A stretch of DNA of 64,000 bases from an uncultured bacterium (GCA_937935355.1 CALGYR010000100.1:3566-67565), one strand, 5' to 3'; numbered from the stretch's first letter, positions 29,672 to 39,632 are shown. The notes: a model not told the origin generated them from the letters alone. Made by a program: numbers and translations.

Positions 29672-31096
29672 GTGCGCACTTCGAGGACTGGTCTCGCTCT
29701 GCTCGCGCTTCCCCTGGCCCTGGCGGCTGGCTGCGCGCCTGACGGTTCGCCGGGCGCTTCGCCAGGCGTTGGGATCGGCGGTTCGGCGGGGACCCCGCCC
29801 TTCAGCAGGGCCGGGATCGTTCGCGACCGGGGGATGGGGGGCGAGGTTCGCGCCGAGCCGCCCCTCGCGACGCTCGACGACTATCTGGCGTATGCGGCGA
29901 TCCACAACCCCGGCCTGGAGGCGGCCTACTACCGCTGGCAGGCGGCGACCGAGCGCGCCCCGCAGGCCCGGAGCCTTCCCAATCCGGTGCTCAATTACGG
30001 GTACTACATCCGCTCGGTCGAAACCAAGGTCGGCCCGCAGCGCGAGCGAGTGGGCCTGTCCCAGGCCATTCCATGGCCGGGCAAGCTCATCGCCGCCTCG
30101 GCGGTGGCGGACAGAGAGGCCGAGGCCGCGCGGCTCGGCTACGAGGCGGCCAAGTTCGAGCTCTTCTATCGGGTCAAGGACGCCTGGTACGAGTACTACT
30201 ACCTCGGGCGTCAGACCCAGGTGACGGAGGCCGTCGCCGACCTGGTCCGGAAGATGGAGGAGGTCGTCAGGGCCAGGTACGCGGCCGGCGCTGCCGGGCA
30301 TCCGGACCTGATCCGCGCGCAGGTTGAGCTCGGACGGGTCGAGGACCGCGTCAGGAGCCTGCGCGACCTGCGCTCCGCGGCGGCCGCCAGGCTCAACGCC
30401 GTGCTCGGCCGTCCGACGGACGCGCCGGTGCCCTGGCCCGGGGAGGCGCCGGCCGTCTCCAGCCTCGCGGCATCGGACGAGTCGCTGGTCGCCGAAGTCC
30501 TGGAGCGCAACCCGGAACTCGCCGCGCTCGGCGCCCAGGTCGAGCGGGACCGCAGGGCGGTGAGCCTCGCCAGGCAGAACTACTGGCCGGACATCACCGT
30601 CGGCGGCGAGTACATCTTCACCGACAAGGCCAGGAGCACCATGCCGATCGAGGACAACGGCAAGGACCCGGTGGTGGTGAGCGTGGGTCTGAGCCTGCCC
30701 ATCTGGTTCGGGCGCTACCGGGCGGCCGAGCGCGAGGCCCGCGACCGGCTGCGCGGCACGGAGCTCTCGCGCGAGGACCGGGGCAACGCGATCGCCGCCC
30801 GGCTCAAGCGCGTCCTCTTCGAACTGCACGACGCCGAGCGCAAGGCCGAACTCTACGGCCGGACGCTCATACCCCGGGCCGAGGATTCCCTGGCGGCGAA
30901 TGAGGCGGCCTTCAAGGCCGGCCGCACGGACTTCTCGGCCCTGCTCGACGCCGAGCGGGTGCTGCTCGACTTCCGGCTGAGCTACGAGCGGGCGGTGGCC
31001 GGCCACGCCCAGCGCCTCGGCGAGCTCGAGATGCTGCTGGGCCGGCCGGTGGCCACGGATGCGGTGTCCGACGCTCCCAAGGAGGTGGGCCGATGA
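29672..31096 (+). CDS. cusC: TolC-family outer membrane efflux protein (CusC-like)
   Basis: Lipoprotein-like 'LALLALPLALAAGC' followed by two OEP repeats. A GTG start at 29672 is chosen because the upstream part of the ORF is occupied by a hairpin repeat. Confidence 0.75.
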   Translation: MRTSRTGLALLALPLALAAGCAPDGSPGASPGVGIGGSAGTPPFSRAGIVRDRGMGGEVRAEPPLATLDDYLAYAAIHNPGLEAAYYRWQAATERAPQARSLPNPVLNYGYYIRSVETKVGPQRERVGLSQAIPWPGKLIAASAVADREAEAARLGYEAAKFELFYRVKDAWYEYYYLGRQTQVTEAVADLVRKMEEVVRARYAAGAAGHPDLIRAQVELGRVEDRVRSLRDLRSAAAARLNAVLGRPTDAPVPWPGEAPAVSSLAASDESLVAEVLERNPELAALGAQVERDRRAVSLARQNYWPDITVGGEYIFTDKARSTMPIEDNGKDPVVVSVGLSLPIWFGRYRAAEREARDRLRGTELSREDRGNAIAARLKRVLFELHDAERKAELYGRTLIPRAEDSLAANEAAFKAGRTDFSALLDAERVLLDFRLSYERAVAGHAQRLGELEMLLGRPVATDAVSDAPKEVGR

Positions 31097-32949
31097 TCGA
31101 CTTCAGAAGAATTCTGGTGAGCGGCCGGTTCCGCCTGGCATTCGCCATCGCCGGGGTGCTGCTTCTCGGCGGCCTGGCGACGATCGTTCTGCACGAGTCC
31201 GGCGGCAGCCATGCGGCCGAATCGTCCGTGGCCGGCAAGGCCGGGGCGCAGTACTACACCTGCGGCATGCACCCCTGGGTGATTCTGCCGAAGCCCGGCG
31301 ACTGCCCGATCTGCCACATGAAGCTCGTGCCCCTCGATCCCGCGAAGTTCACCGGCCAGATCGCCATCGACCCGGTGGTCGTCCAGAACATCGGCGTCCG
31401 AGTCGCGCCGGCGACGGTCGGAGAGGTGACCCGCACCGTCCGGACGGTCGGTTCGGTCGAATACGACGAGACCCGCGTCCGGGACGTGAACCTCAAGATC
31501 GCCGGCTGGATCGAGAAGCTGCACGTCGACTCCCTCGGTCAGCCGGTGAAGAAGGGCGAGCCGCTCCTCGAGATCTACTCGCCCGAGCTCTACTCGGCCG
31601 AGGCCGAGTATCTCGCGGCCTTTCGGCGCGCCAAGGCCGGGCAGAACGCGGACAGGGCCGACAGGATGGACGCCGAGTTGCTCGCGGCCGCCCGGAAGCG
31701 CCTGGAGTACTTCGACGTCCCGGCCGGCGAGGTCCGCGAGCTCGAGCGGACCGGCGAGGTCAGGAAGGCCCTGACCATCCGCAGCCCCTTCGACGGCGTG
31801 GTCGTCGAGAAGATGGCCCAGGAGGGCATGAAGGCCGATGCCGCCATGCGCCTCTACCGCATCGCCGACCTCTCGACCGTCTGGGTGCAGGCCGCGGTCT
31901 ACGAGCAGCAACTGCCCTACGTCCGGGAGGGCCAGGCGGCGGCCATGACGCTGCCCTACCTGCCCGGCCGGAAGTTCGACGGCAAGGTGGCCTACGTCTA
32001 CCCCTACCTGGACAGGAAGCTCCGCCAGGTGAACGTGCGCCTGGAGTTCGCGAACCCCGATCTCACGCTCAAGCCCGGGATGTTCGCGAGCGTCGAGTTG
32101 CGCGGCGCCGAGGCGAAGCAGGGCCTGCTCGTCCCGCGCGAGGCGGTGATCGACACCGGCGAGCGGCAGGTGGCCTTCGTGAGCCTGGGCAAGGGGAGGT
32201 TCGAGCCCCGCGACGTGAAGCTCGGCGTCGAGGCCGACGGCGGCAAGGTCGAGATCCTCGAGGGCCTGAAGCCCGGCGAGATGGTGGTCACCAGCGGCCA
32301 GTTCCTGCTCGACAGCGAGTCGCGCCTGCGCGAGGCGCTGGCCAGGATGATGGCGGGGACGACGGGAGGGGTGGAAGGTGGAGGGTGGAAGGTGGAAGGT
32401 TCCGCCTCGCAAGCCTCCACCATCCACCATCCACCTTCCACCCTGCTTGTCCTTCCGGCGCCCGCCGGCAAGGCGCTCGCCGGGATGCTCGACGGCTACT
32501 TTGCGATCGGTGCGAAGCTGGCCGACGACACCGCTGCGGGCATCGCCGAGCCCGCGCGACAAGTGGCCTCGAGCGCCGAGGCTCTGCTCAAGGTGGAGAT
32601 CCCCGGCGACCCGCACTTCTGGCACAAGCACATGGAGGCCGGCGAGGTCCGCGCCAGGGCGCTGGAGCTGGCCGGCGCCGGCGATCTGGCCAAGGCCCGC
32701 TCGGTCTTCGCCGACCTGGGCACGGCGCTCGAAAAGCTGCTCAAGGCGACGGGCGTCCCCGCTGGCTACGGGAAGGAGGTCTACGAACTCCATTGCCCGA
32801 TGTATCGGGAGGAGCAGGGCGGCGCCGTCTGGCTGCAGACCAACCAGGATGTCACCAACCCATACTACGGCAAGGCCATGCTGAACTGCGGGGACGTGGT
32901 GGGGGCTGTCCCCTCCCACGCCGCTCCGGACGGGAACGGGAAGAAGTAG
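31093..32949 (+). CDS. cusB: efflux RND periplasmic adaptor (CusB-like) with N-terminal heavy-metal-binding motif and C-terminal DUF3347-like domain
   Basis: 'YYTCGMHPWVILPKPGDCPICHMKL' (HMBD), then an MFP barrel/lipoyl region and a C-terminal 'YYGKAMLNCG'. A GGTGGAAGG hairpin repeat sits in frame in the linker at 32368-32444. Confidence 0.75.
   Translation: MIDFRRILVSGRFRLAFAIAGVLLLGGLATIVLHESGGSHAAESSVAGKAGAQYYTCGMHPWVILPKPGDCPICHMKLVPLDPAKFTGQIAIDPVVVQNIGVRVAPATVGEVTRTVRTVGSVEYDETRVRDVNLKIAGWIEKLHVDSLGQPVKKGEPLLEIYSPELYSAEAEYLAAFRRAKAGQNADRADRMDAELLAAARKRLEYFDVPAGEVRELERTGEVRKALTIRSPFDGVVVEKMAQEGMKADAAMRLYRIADLSTVWVQAAVYEQQLPYVREGQAAAMTLPYLPGRKFDGKVAYVYPYLDRKLRQVNVRLEFANPDLTLKPGMFASVELRGAEAKQGLLVPREAVIDTGERQVAFVSLGKGRFEPRDVKLGVEADGGKVEILEGLKPGEMVVTSGQFLLDSESRLREALARMMAGTTGGVEGGGWKVEGSASQASTIHHPPSTLLVLPAPAGKALAGMLDGYFAIGAKLADDTAAGIAEPARQVASSAEALLKVEIPGDPHFWHKHMEAGEVRARALELAGAGDLAKARSVFADLGTALEKLLKATGVPAGYGKEVYELHCPMYREEQGGAVWLQTNQDVTNPYYGKAMLNCGDVVGAVPSHAAPDGNGKK
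32368..32444. repeat. family A hairpin (GGTGGAAGG arms) inside the cusB linker
   Basis: 'ggtggaaggtggagggtggaaggtggaagg-N17-ccaccatccaccatccaccttccacc'. Confidence 0.75.
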
Positions 32950-32953
32950 TCCC

Positions 32954-35900
32954 ATGATCGGCAAGCTCATCGACTGGTGCGTCCGCAACCGCCTTCTGGT
33001 GCTGCTCCTGACGGCGCTGTTGGCCGTCGGAGGCATCTGGTCGGCCAGCCACATCACCATCGATGCCATCCCGGACCTCTCCGACGTGCAGGTGGTGATC
33101 CGTACGGAGGCGGCGGGCCAGGCCCCGCAGATCGTCGAGGACCAGATCACCTATCCGCTGACCACGGCGATGCTGGCCGTGCCCAAGGCCAAGGTGGTGC
33201 GCGGCTACAGCATGTTCGGCACCAGCTTCGTCTACATCATCTTCGAGGACGGCACCGACCTGTACTGGGCGCGGAGCCGCGTCCTCGAGCAGCTCAGCAC
33301 CGTTTCGGCGAAGCTCCCGGCCGGCGTGAGCCCGCAACTCGGGCCGGACGCCACCGGGGTGGGATGGATCTACGAGTACGCGCTCGTCACCGGCAGGTAC
33401 TGTCCGGACCATCCGAACGGCGCCTGGCACGACCCCGTGACGGACAAGTGGTACGCCGATCCCGGGAAAGCCCCCGGCGACGAGGCTGTGCAGAAACGGC
33501 TCGTCCATCACCGGGTCTTCCAGGAGAGCCGCGATGCCTGCCCTCTCGACGGCAAGCCTCTCAAACCGAGCGACCAGAGCCTGGCCAACCTCCGCAGCCT
33601 CCAGGACTGGTATCTGCGCTACGAGCTGACCGCGGTCGACGGGGTCAGCGAGGTGGCCTCGCTCGGCGGCTTCGTCAAGCAATACCAGGTGGTGGTCGAC
33701 CCGGTGAAGCTGCTGGCCTTCCACATGCCGCTCGGCAAGGTCAAGTCCGCGATCCAGCGCTCGAACCTCGACGTTGGCGGCCGGCTCGTGGAGATGAGCG
33801 AGACCGAATACATGGTTCGGGGCGTGGGCTACCTCGGCAGCCTCTCTGACCGGGAGGTCGTCGTCGCCCGCGCCGCAGGCAAGTCCGTCGGGGAGCTGCG
33901 CACCGCCAGGGCGCTCGATGAGCTGGGCAGGGTCGCGCTCGGCGCCACGGAGAGCGGATCTCCCATCCGGCTCTCGGACGTGGCCGAGGTGCGCCTCGGC
34001 CCGGACATCCGCCGCGGCGTGGCCGACTGGAACGGCGGGGGCGAGACCGTCGGCGGGATCGTGGTGATGCGCTTCGGCGAGAACGCCCGCGCGACCATCG
34101 ACAACGTCCGCCGGAAGCTCGCCGACCTCGAGAAGGGCCTGCCCGCCGGCGTGGCGGTCGAGACCGGCTATGACCGCAGCGACCTGATCGACCGCGCGGT
34201 GGATACGCTGCGGCACACGCTCTTCGAGGAAATCGCCATCGTCGCGCTGGTGTGCATTCTGTTCCTGCTCCATGCCCGGAGCGCGCTGGTGGCCGCCTTC
34301 GTGCTGCCGACGGGAGTGCTGGCCACGCTTGCGGTCATGCACCTGCTGGGCATCAATGCCAACATCATGAGCCTGGGCGGCATCGCCATCGCCATCGGCG
34401 TGATGGTGGACAGCTCCATCATCATGGTGGAGAACGCCCACAAGCACCTCGACTACGAGAGACAACGCGTGGCCGAAGGGGGCGGGCCCCGCCCGCGGTC
34501 CGCGGTCATAGCCGAGGCGGCCCGGGAGGTGGGCCCGAGCCTCTTCATCGCGCTGCTCATCATCGTGGTCAGCTTCCTGCCCATCTTCGTGCTGGGCGAG
34601 CAGTCCGGGAGGCTCTTCAAGCCCCTGGCCTACACCAAGACCTTCGCGATGATCGGCGGCGCGGTGCTGGCCGTGACCATCATCCCGGTGCTCATGACCT
34701 TCTTCGTGTCGGAGCGGACGCTGCCCGTGGAAATGAGCCGGCGCAGGCGCTGGGCCACCTACGCGGGCATCGTCTTCGTCCCCGCCCTGGTGTTGGCGGC
34801 GATCCCCTTGCCGCAGCTGGACGGATACCGGCTCCCGCTGGCTCTGGGCTGGGCCGTCCTCTCCGCCCTGGCGATCCTGCCGCAGCGGCTCCCCTCGGAG
34901 GAGCGGAACCCGATCAGCCGCTTCCTGGAGGCGGTCTACAACCCGCTATTCGCGCTGGTGATGCGCTTCCGCTGGGCGGCGATGATCGGGGCGGTCGTGC
35001 TGGTGGCCGTGACATGGGTCCCCTTCAGCCGTCTGGGCAGCGAGTTCATGCCGCCGCTCGAAGAGGGCGACCTGCTCTATATGCCCACGACCGACCCGGG
35101 CATCAGCATGGGCAAGGCCCGCGAGCTGCTCCAGCAGACCGACGCGCTCATCAAGAGCTTCCCGGAGGTCGAGAAGGTCCTGGGCAAGGCCGGCCGGGCC
35201 GAGACCGCCACCGACCCGGCGCCGCCGAGCATGCTCGAGACCACCATCACCCTCCGGCGCGACAAGGACCTCTGGCGACAGGTGCCGGCCGGGCGCTTCT
35301 TCGCCTCCTGGCCGGGGTTCCTGCGCGGGCCGCTCTCGCACATCTGGCCGCTCAACCGGCCGATCACGACCGACGAACTGGTCTACGGCTACGAGCTGCC
35401 GGTGGCCGGCCGCGAGCCGCTCCACGTCCCCGGGCTCAACGAGGCGGTCCAGATCCCGGGGCTGACCAACTCCTGGACCATGCCGATCAAGACGCGCATC
35501 GACATGCTCTCCACCGGCATCAAGACCCCGGTGGGCGTCAAGGTCATGGGGCCGGACCTGGGGACGCTGGGCCGGATGGCCGACCGGATCGCCCAGGTGC
35601 TGAAGACCTCCGAGGGCACCGGCGCCTACACGGTGAGCGCCTTCCCGGAGAAGACCGTCGGCGGCAATTACCTCGACGTGCGCATCGACCGCGACGAGAT
35701 CGGCCGCTACGGCCTGACCGTGGGCGACGTCCAGGACGTGGTCATGAGCGCCCTGGGCGGCGCCAACGTCACCTACACGGTGGAGGGGCTGGAGCGCTAT
35801 CCGGTGAACCTGCGTTATCCCTCCGAGTTGCGCGACCGACGGGACGCGCTCGCCGGCATGCTGGTGGCCACGCCCTCCGGCGCGCAGGTGCCGCTGGGGC

Positions 35901-36688
35901 AGCTCGCCGAGCTCCAAATCCACAAGGGCGCGCCCATGGTCAAGAGCGAGAACGCGCGGCTGACCAGTTGGGTCTACGTGGACATCGCCGGGATCGACGT
36001 GGGCACTTACGTGGCCAACGCCCAGCGGGCCGTCGCCGAGAAGGTCGATCGGCCCGAGGGCTACTCCATCGTCTGGTCCGGACAGTACGAGTACATGCAG
36101 GCAGCCAGGCAGGACCTGATCGTCGCCGGAATACTTGCGCTGGCGGCCATAATCCTGCTGCTCTACGTTTCGACCCGGAGCTGGCTGCGGACCTTGCTAG
36201 TGATTCTGGCCGTGCCCTTCAGCCTGGTGGGGGCGGTCTGGCTGCTCTACCTGATGGACTACAACCTGTCGCTCGCGGTGGTGGTGGGCCTGATCGCGCT
36301 GGCCGGGCTCGACGCCGAGACCGGGGTGGTCATGCTGCTCTACCTCGACACCAGCTTCGCGCGCTTCAAGTCCGAGGGGCGGATGCGTGACGCCAAAGAC
36401 CTGTGGCGCGCCGTCCACGACGGGGCGGTCAAGCGCATCCGGCCCAAGATGATGACGGTGGTCTCGACGGGCGCCGGCCTCCTGCCGCTGCTGTGGGCCT
36501 CGGGCGCCGGCGCCGACACCATGCGGCGGCTGGCCGTGCCCATGATCGGCGGGCTGGCCACGAGCTTCCTGATGGAGCTCCTCATCTACCCGGCGATCTA
36601 CTACACCGCCAAGAGGATGGCCCTTGCCGGTCAGTTACGGGACAAAGGTGCGCGCACCGGCGAGGCACTGCCCTCCTCGGCGCAGTAA
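32954..36688 (+). CDS. cusA: heavy-metal efflux RND permease (CusA/CzcA family)
   Basis: 1244 aa, 12 TM HME-RND topology, starting 'MIGKLIDWCVRNRLLVLLLTALLAVGG'. Confidence 0.9.
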   Translation: MIGKLIDWCVRNRLLVLLLTALLAVGGIWSASHITIDAIPDLSDVQVVIRTEAAGQAPQIVEDQITYPLTTAMLAVPKAKVVRGYSMFGTSFVYIIFEDGTDLYWARSRVLEQLSTVSAKLPAGVSPQLGPDATGVGWIYEYALVTGRYCPDHPNGAWHDPVTDKWYADPGKAPGDEAVQKRLVHHRVFQESRDACPLDGKPLKPSDQSLANLRSLQDWYLRYELTAVDGVSEVASLGGFVKQYQVVVDPVKLLAFHMPLGKVKSAIQRSNLDVGGRLVEMSETEYMVRGVGYLGSLSDREVVVARAAGKSVGELRTARALDELGRVALGATESGSPIRLSDVAEVRLGPDIRRGVADWNGGGETVGGIVVMRFGENARATIDNVRRKLADLEKGLPAGVAVETGYDRSDLIDRAVDTLRHTLFEEIAIVALVCILFLLHARSALVAAFVLPTGVLATLAVMHLLGINANIMSLGGIAIAIGVMVDSSIIMVENAHKHLDYERQRVAEGGGPRPRSAVIAEAAREVGPSLFIALLIIVVSFLPIFVLGEQSGRLFKPLAYTKTFAMIGGAVLAVTIIPVLMTFFVSERTLPVEMSRRRRWATYAGIVFVPALVLAAIPLPQLDGYRLPLALGWAVLSALAILPQRLPSEERNPISRFLEAVYNPLFALVMRFRWAAMIGAVVLVAVTWVPFSRLGSEFMPPLEEGDLLYMPTTDPGISMGKARELLQQTDALIKSFPEVEKVLGKAGRAETATDPAPPSMLETTITLRRDKDLWRQVPAGRFFASWPGFLRGPLSHIWPLNRPITTDELVYGYELPVAGREPLHVPGLNEAVQIPGLTNSWTMPIKTRIDMLSTGIKTPVGVKVMGPDLGTLGRMADRIAQVLKTSEGTGAYTVSAFPEKTVGGNYLDVRIDRDEIGRYGLTVGDVQDVVMSALGGANVTYTVEGLERYPVNLRYPSELRDRRDALAGMLVATPSGAQVPLGQLAELQIHKGAPMVKSENARLTSWVYVDIAGIDVGTYVANAQRAVAEKVDRPEGYSIVWSGQYEYMQAARQDLIVAGILALAAIILLLYVSTRSWLRTLLVILAVPFSLVGAVWLLYLMDYNLSLAVVVGLIALAGLDAETGVVMLLYLDTSFARFKSEGRMRDAKDLWRAVHDGAVKRIRPKMMTVVSTGAGLLPLLWASGAGADTMRRLAVPMIGGLATSFLMELLIYPAIYYTAKRMALAGQLRDKGARTGEALPSSAQ

Positions 36689-36711
36689 CCGGAGTGAATA
36701 GGGGCGCGAAA

Positions 36712-37326
36712 GTGAGCGACTGCTGCGCTTCGTGTGTCGGGGAACTGGAGAAACTCCAGGGCCGCCAGCGCTCGACGCTGCGCGTCGTGCTGGCCATCAA
36801 CGCGGTCATGTTCGCCGTGGAGGCGGCGGCCGGCATCCTGGCGGGCTCGACCGCCCTCTTGGCCGACTCGCTGGACATGCTGGGCGACGCGCTGGTCTAC
36901 GGCTTCAGCCTGTACGTGGTGGGCCGCAGCCAGTCCTGGAAGGCGGCCGCGGCCCTGGCCAAGGGCGCGGCAATGGCGCTCTTCGGCCTCTTCGTCCTGG
37001 GGGAGGCGCTCTGGAAGCTGTTCCACCCCGAGGTGCCCGCCCACCTCGCGATCGGCGGCGTCGGGCTTCTGGCGCTGGCCACCAACCTGGTCTGCCTGGG
37101 CCTCCTGTGGCGTCATCGCGCGGAGGACATCAACATGCGCTCGGTGTGGCTGTGCTCGCGCAACGACATCGTCGCCAACGTGTCCGTGCTGGTCGCGGCG
37201 CTCGGGGTGTGGGCCTTCCGGTCGCAGTGGCCGGACCTGCTGATCGGCGTGGGCATCGCGGCGCTCTTCATCGCCTCGTCGGTCCGCGTGCTGCGCGAGG
37301 CGTGGAGGTGTCGCGCTCCGCGCTGA
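36712..37326 (+). CDS. cation diffusion facilitator-like membrane transporter (TM domain only)
   Basis: The GTG at 36712 is the first start after the cusA stop (36688). Six TM helices carry CDF-like 'LLADSLDMLGDAL' and 'HRAEDINMRSVWLCSRNDIVANV'. Confidence 0.6.
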   Translation: MSDCCASCVGELEKLQGRQRSTLRVVLAINAVMFAVEAAAGILAGSTALLADSLDMLGDALVYGFSLYVVGRSQSWKAAAALAKGAAMALFGLFVLGEALWKLFHPEVPAHLAIGGVGLLALATNLVCLGLLWRHRAEDINMRSVWLCSRNDIVANVSVLVAALGVWAFRSQWPDLLIGVGIAALFIASSVRVLREAWRCRAPR

Positions 37327-37430
37327 TCCGGGTCTGGTCGCAGCGGCCGGTTGCCTTCGGGGCGTCGATCCCGGGCTGTGCCGATGCGCCCGCCATGCCT
37401 CCTCCATGTCTTTGTCGGCTGCCGCCGGAA

Positions 37431-37445
37431 TACCCCGGCCGGGTG
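37431..37445. promoter_or_regulatory. second predicted CsoR operator
   Basis: 'TACCCCGGCCGGGTG' lies about 55 bp upstream of the HMBD-protein ATG. The flanks are shared with the 28526 box ('GGAATACCCC.GCCGGGT'). Confidence 0.45.
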
Positions 37446-37498
37446 GTGGGTTTTGCCCACGAAGGGGACGGCTCGGGCGGCAAGGAGGAGGTGCTGCC

Positions 37499-37786
37499 AT
37501 GAAAGCGAAAAACCGACCGATCGGGTGGCTGTGGCTTTTCGCGGCCGGATGCGTGGTGCTGGCCGTGGGATTGGCTGCCGGCCATATGCTGCTGGCCGAC
37601 AACCAGCTGGAGCGGCCCAAACACGCCGCGCCGTTGTGGAACGCTCCGGAGAGCACGCAGTCCTGGCGCTGCCCGGCCCACGTGGAGGATAGGCTCTCCG
37701 GCCCGGGCAAGTGCCCCAAGTGCGGCATGGACCTGACCTTCCCGAAGCCCGACGAAGCGGAAGCCCGGGACTGCGCCGCGCGGTGA
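37499..37786 (+). CDS. membrane-anchored heavy-metal-binding domain (HMBD) protein
   Basis: RBS 'aaggaggaggtg', TM 'WLWLFAAGCVVLAVGLAAG', and 'WRCPAHVEDRLSGPGKCPKCGMDL' (CPxH...CPxCGM motif, as in the CusB N-terminus). Confidence 0.65.
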   Translation: MKAKNRPIGWLWLFAAGCVVLAVGLAAGHMLLADNQLERPKHAAPLWNAPESTQSWRCPAHVEDRLSGPGKCPKCGMDLTFPKPDEAEARDCAAR

Positions 37787-37967
37787 CCTGGGGTGACATG
37801 GCATCCCGCGGAAAAGGTTTCCGGTGCGACGCCAATCCTGAGGCATGGCAAGCATCGGATTGAAGCCTCATTCTTGACGCGCCGCCGGCAGTCGATACCA
37901 TGCGACCGTCCGGCCGAGGCCCTTCGCGGGCCATTTCCCAGGCGCCGTCAAGGAGGGGAACAACGCG

Positions 37968-39632
37968 ATGTCAGATGGTGGTCCGACCGCCGATTCTAAC
38001 CGCCACGGCTCCGTCCGCGGCCGGGACGCCGTCAGGCGCGTGCTTCAGGACGCCGCCGCGCGCGACCCGAACAGCATCGATCCACAGAAGCTTCTGGGTG
38101 CGGTCCTGGCGGGCTCGGACGATCCGGGGGGCGATCTGGCCTGGTTGGTGGCCTACGACCTGGACAAGGGCGTCTGCGACGTGGGAGTCCCTCTGCTTCA
38201 CTTCGTGGCCACCGATAAGGATGCCCTGGCCGCCGCCGGCGCCGGCAAGGTCCGGAAGTCCGCCAGGACCGCCTTGCTCAAAGCCTTGCGCGACCGGCGG
38301 GTGCCCGATGACCGGAAGCTGCCTCTGGCGCCGCTTTTCGAGATGCTCGGGGGCCGGCTCTCGGAGGGCGACTATCGCTCCTTCTTCAGCGACTACGATG
38401 CCGTCGTTCGCAGCATAGCCAGACGGGTCGCCTCCTCCGTGATGGACACTCCGGAAGGCATCGAAGGCGTGTTCGAAGCGATCGGACTGATGGAGACGGG
38501 GCGCGGCGCCCCCTCCGAGCGGGACGTCGCCCAGCTTCTCCAGTTGCATGGGGACGCTCGCGAGGCCAACCCGGCCGCCGCGGCCGCGCTGCTGGGCGCT
38601 CTCGTGGCGCTCGAGATCGAGCACGGCCGGACGGGCGAGGAGACCGCCGCCATGGTCGACCTGCTGGCCAAGGACGCCTCCCCGCGCGCCGCGTGGTGCA
38701 TTGACGAGCTGGGCCGCTGGCCGGCGGCCGGCCCGATCGGCGCGCGGTGCCGGGCGCTCGCCGGCGCTCTCCGGGAAAAGGGCGTGCTCCCCGGGGGCGT
38801 GCGCCCGCCCGAGTTCGTGTCCGGCCTGTTCAGCGCCGTGGACGGGGCGGGCTCGCGCAACCTGACGATCATCACCAAGTCGGCGGACGGCGGCCTGGAT
38901 GGCCTGGTGTTGATGCCCAACGATCAGGTCGGCATCAAGGACGCCTGGTGCGCCTTCGGCGATGGGCGGGAGGCGGAGGCTCGCTTCAAGTCCGCCAAGG
39001 AGATCGTCGCGGTCCGGTGCTCCATGGAACTGGCGCGCGAGCTGGTGGCCGACGCCCTGGCGATCCACGAGCAGACCCGGCGGCCCCCGCCCGGCCGGTT
39101 CTTCATCTATCGTCCGGTCTTCGGCGCGGAGCCCATTGTCCCGCGCCGACGCAGTCCGGATCTGGGCGCCTATGGAGTCCCCGGGCCGGAGGCGGCGTCT
39201 CCCGTGTCCGAGCGCGAGGCCTTCGACATGCTCGACTGCCCCGGCTACCGCGAGCTGTGGTTCTGCTCCGACTTCGTCTATGAAACCATCTCGAAGATGA
39301 CGCGTGGAGGGCGACAGCGGCTCTCCGACATCCAGCTCGAGAAGCTCATGGTCGAGGTCCTCCCGCAAGAGAGGGAACGGCTGCTCTCGCGGCTGGCGGC
39401 GAACCTGGAGATTCTCGCTTTGGCCGGGAAGGCGTCCAGGCGGGAGAACCGGCTGGCTTTCCGGGTCTGGCGCGAGTTGTCGAAGGGCGACGCCAACCCG
39501 GCCGCCATCCCCTTCCTCCGGGCGCTGTGCCGGCGCACGGCGGAGATCGTGGGATATAACCTCGCCATGGGCTTCCGCAGCCAGGCTCAGGCCAACCGGG
39601 TGGTGGAGGAGATGGAGGAGGGGAGGGAGTAG
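37968..39632 (+). CDS. hypothetical protein (554 aa, no recognisable domain)
   Basis: RBS 'ggaggggaacaacgcg' before the ATG. Same strand as the rtcR-like gene, 85 bp upstream of it. Confidence 0.55.
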   Translation: MSDGGPTADSNRHGSVRGRDAVRRVLQDAAARDPNSIDPQKLLGAVLAGSDDPGGDLAWLVAYDLDKGVCDVGVPLLHFVATDKDALAAAGAGKVRKSARTALLKALRDRRVPDDRKLPLAPLFEMLGGRLSEGDYRSFFSDYDAVVRSIARRVASSVMDTPEGIEGVFEAIGLMETGRGAPSERDVAQLLQLHGDAREANPAAAAALLGALVALEIEHGRTGEETAAMVDLLAKDASPRAAWCIDELGRWPAAGPIGARCRALAGALREKGVLPGGVRPPEFVSGLFSAVDGAGSRNLTIITKSADGGLDGLVLMPNDQVGIKDAWCAFGDGREAEARFKSAKEIVAVRCSMELARELVADALAIHEQTRRPPPGRFFIYRPVFGAEPIVPRRRSPDLGAYGVPGPEAASPVSEREAFDMLDCPGYRELWFCSDFVYETISKMTRGGRQRLSDIQLEKLMVEVLPQERERLLSRLAANLEILALAGKASRRENRLAFRVWRELSKGDANPAAIPFLRALCRRTAEIVGYNLAMGFRSQAQANRVVEEMEEGRE

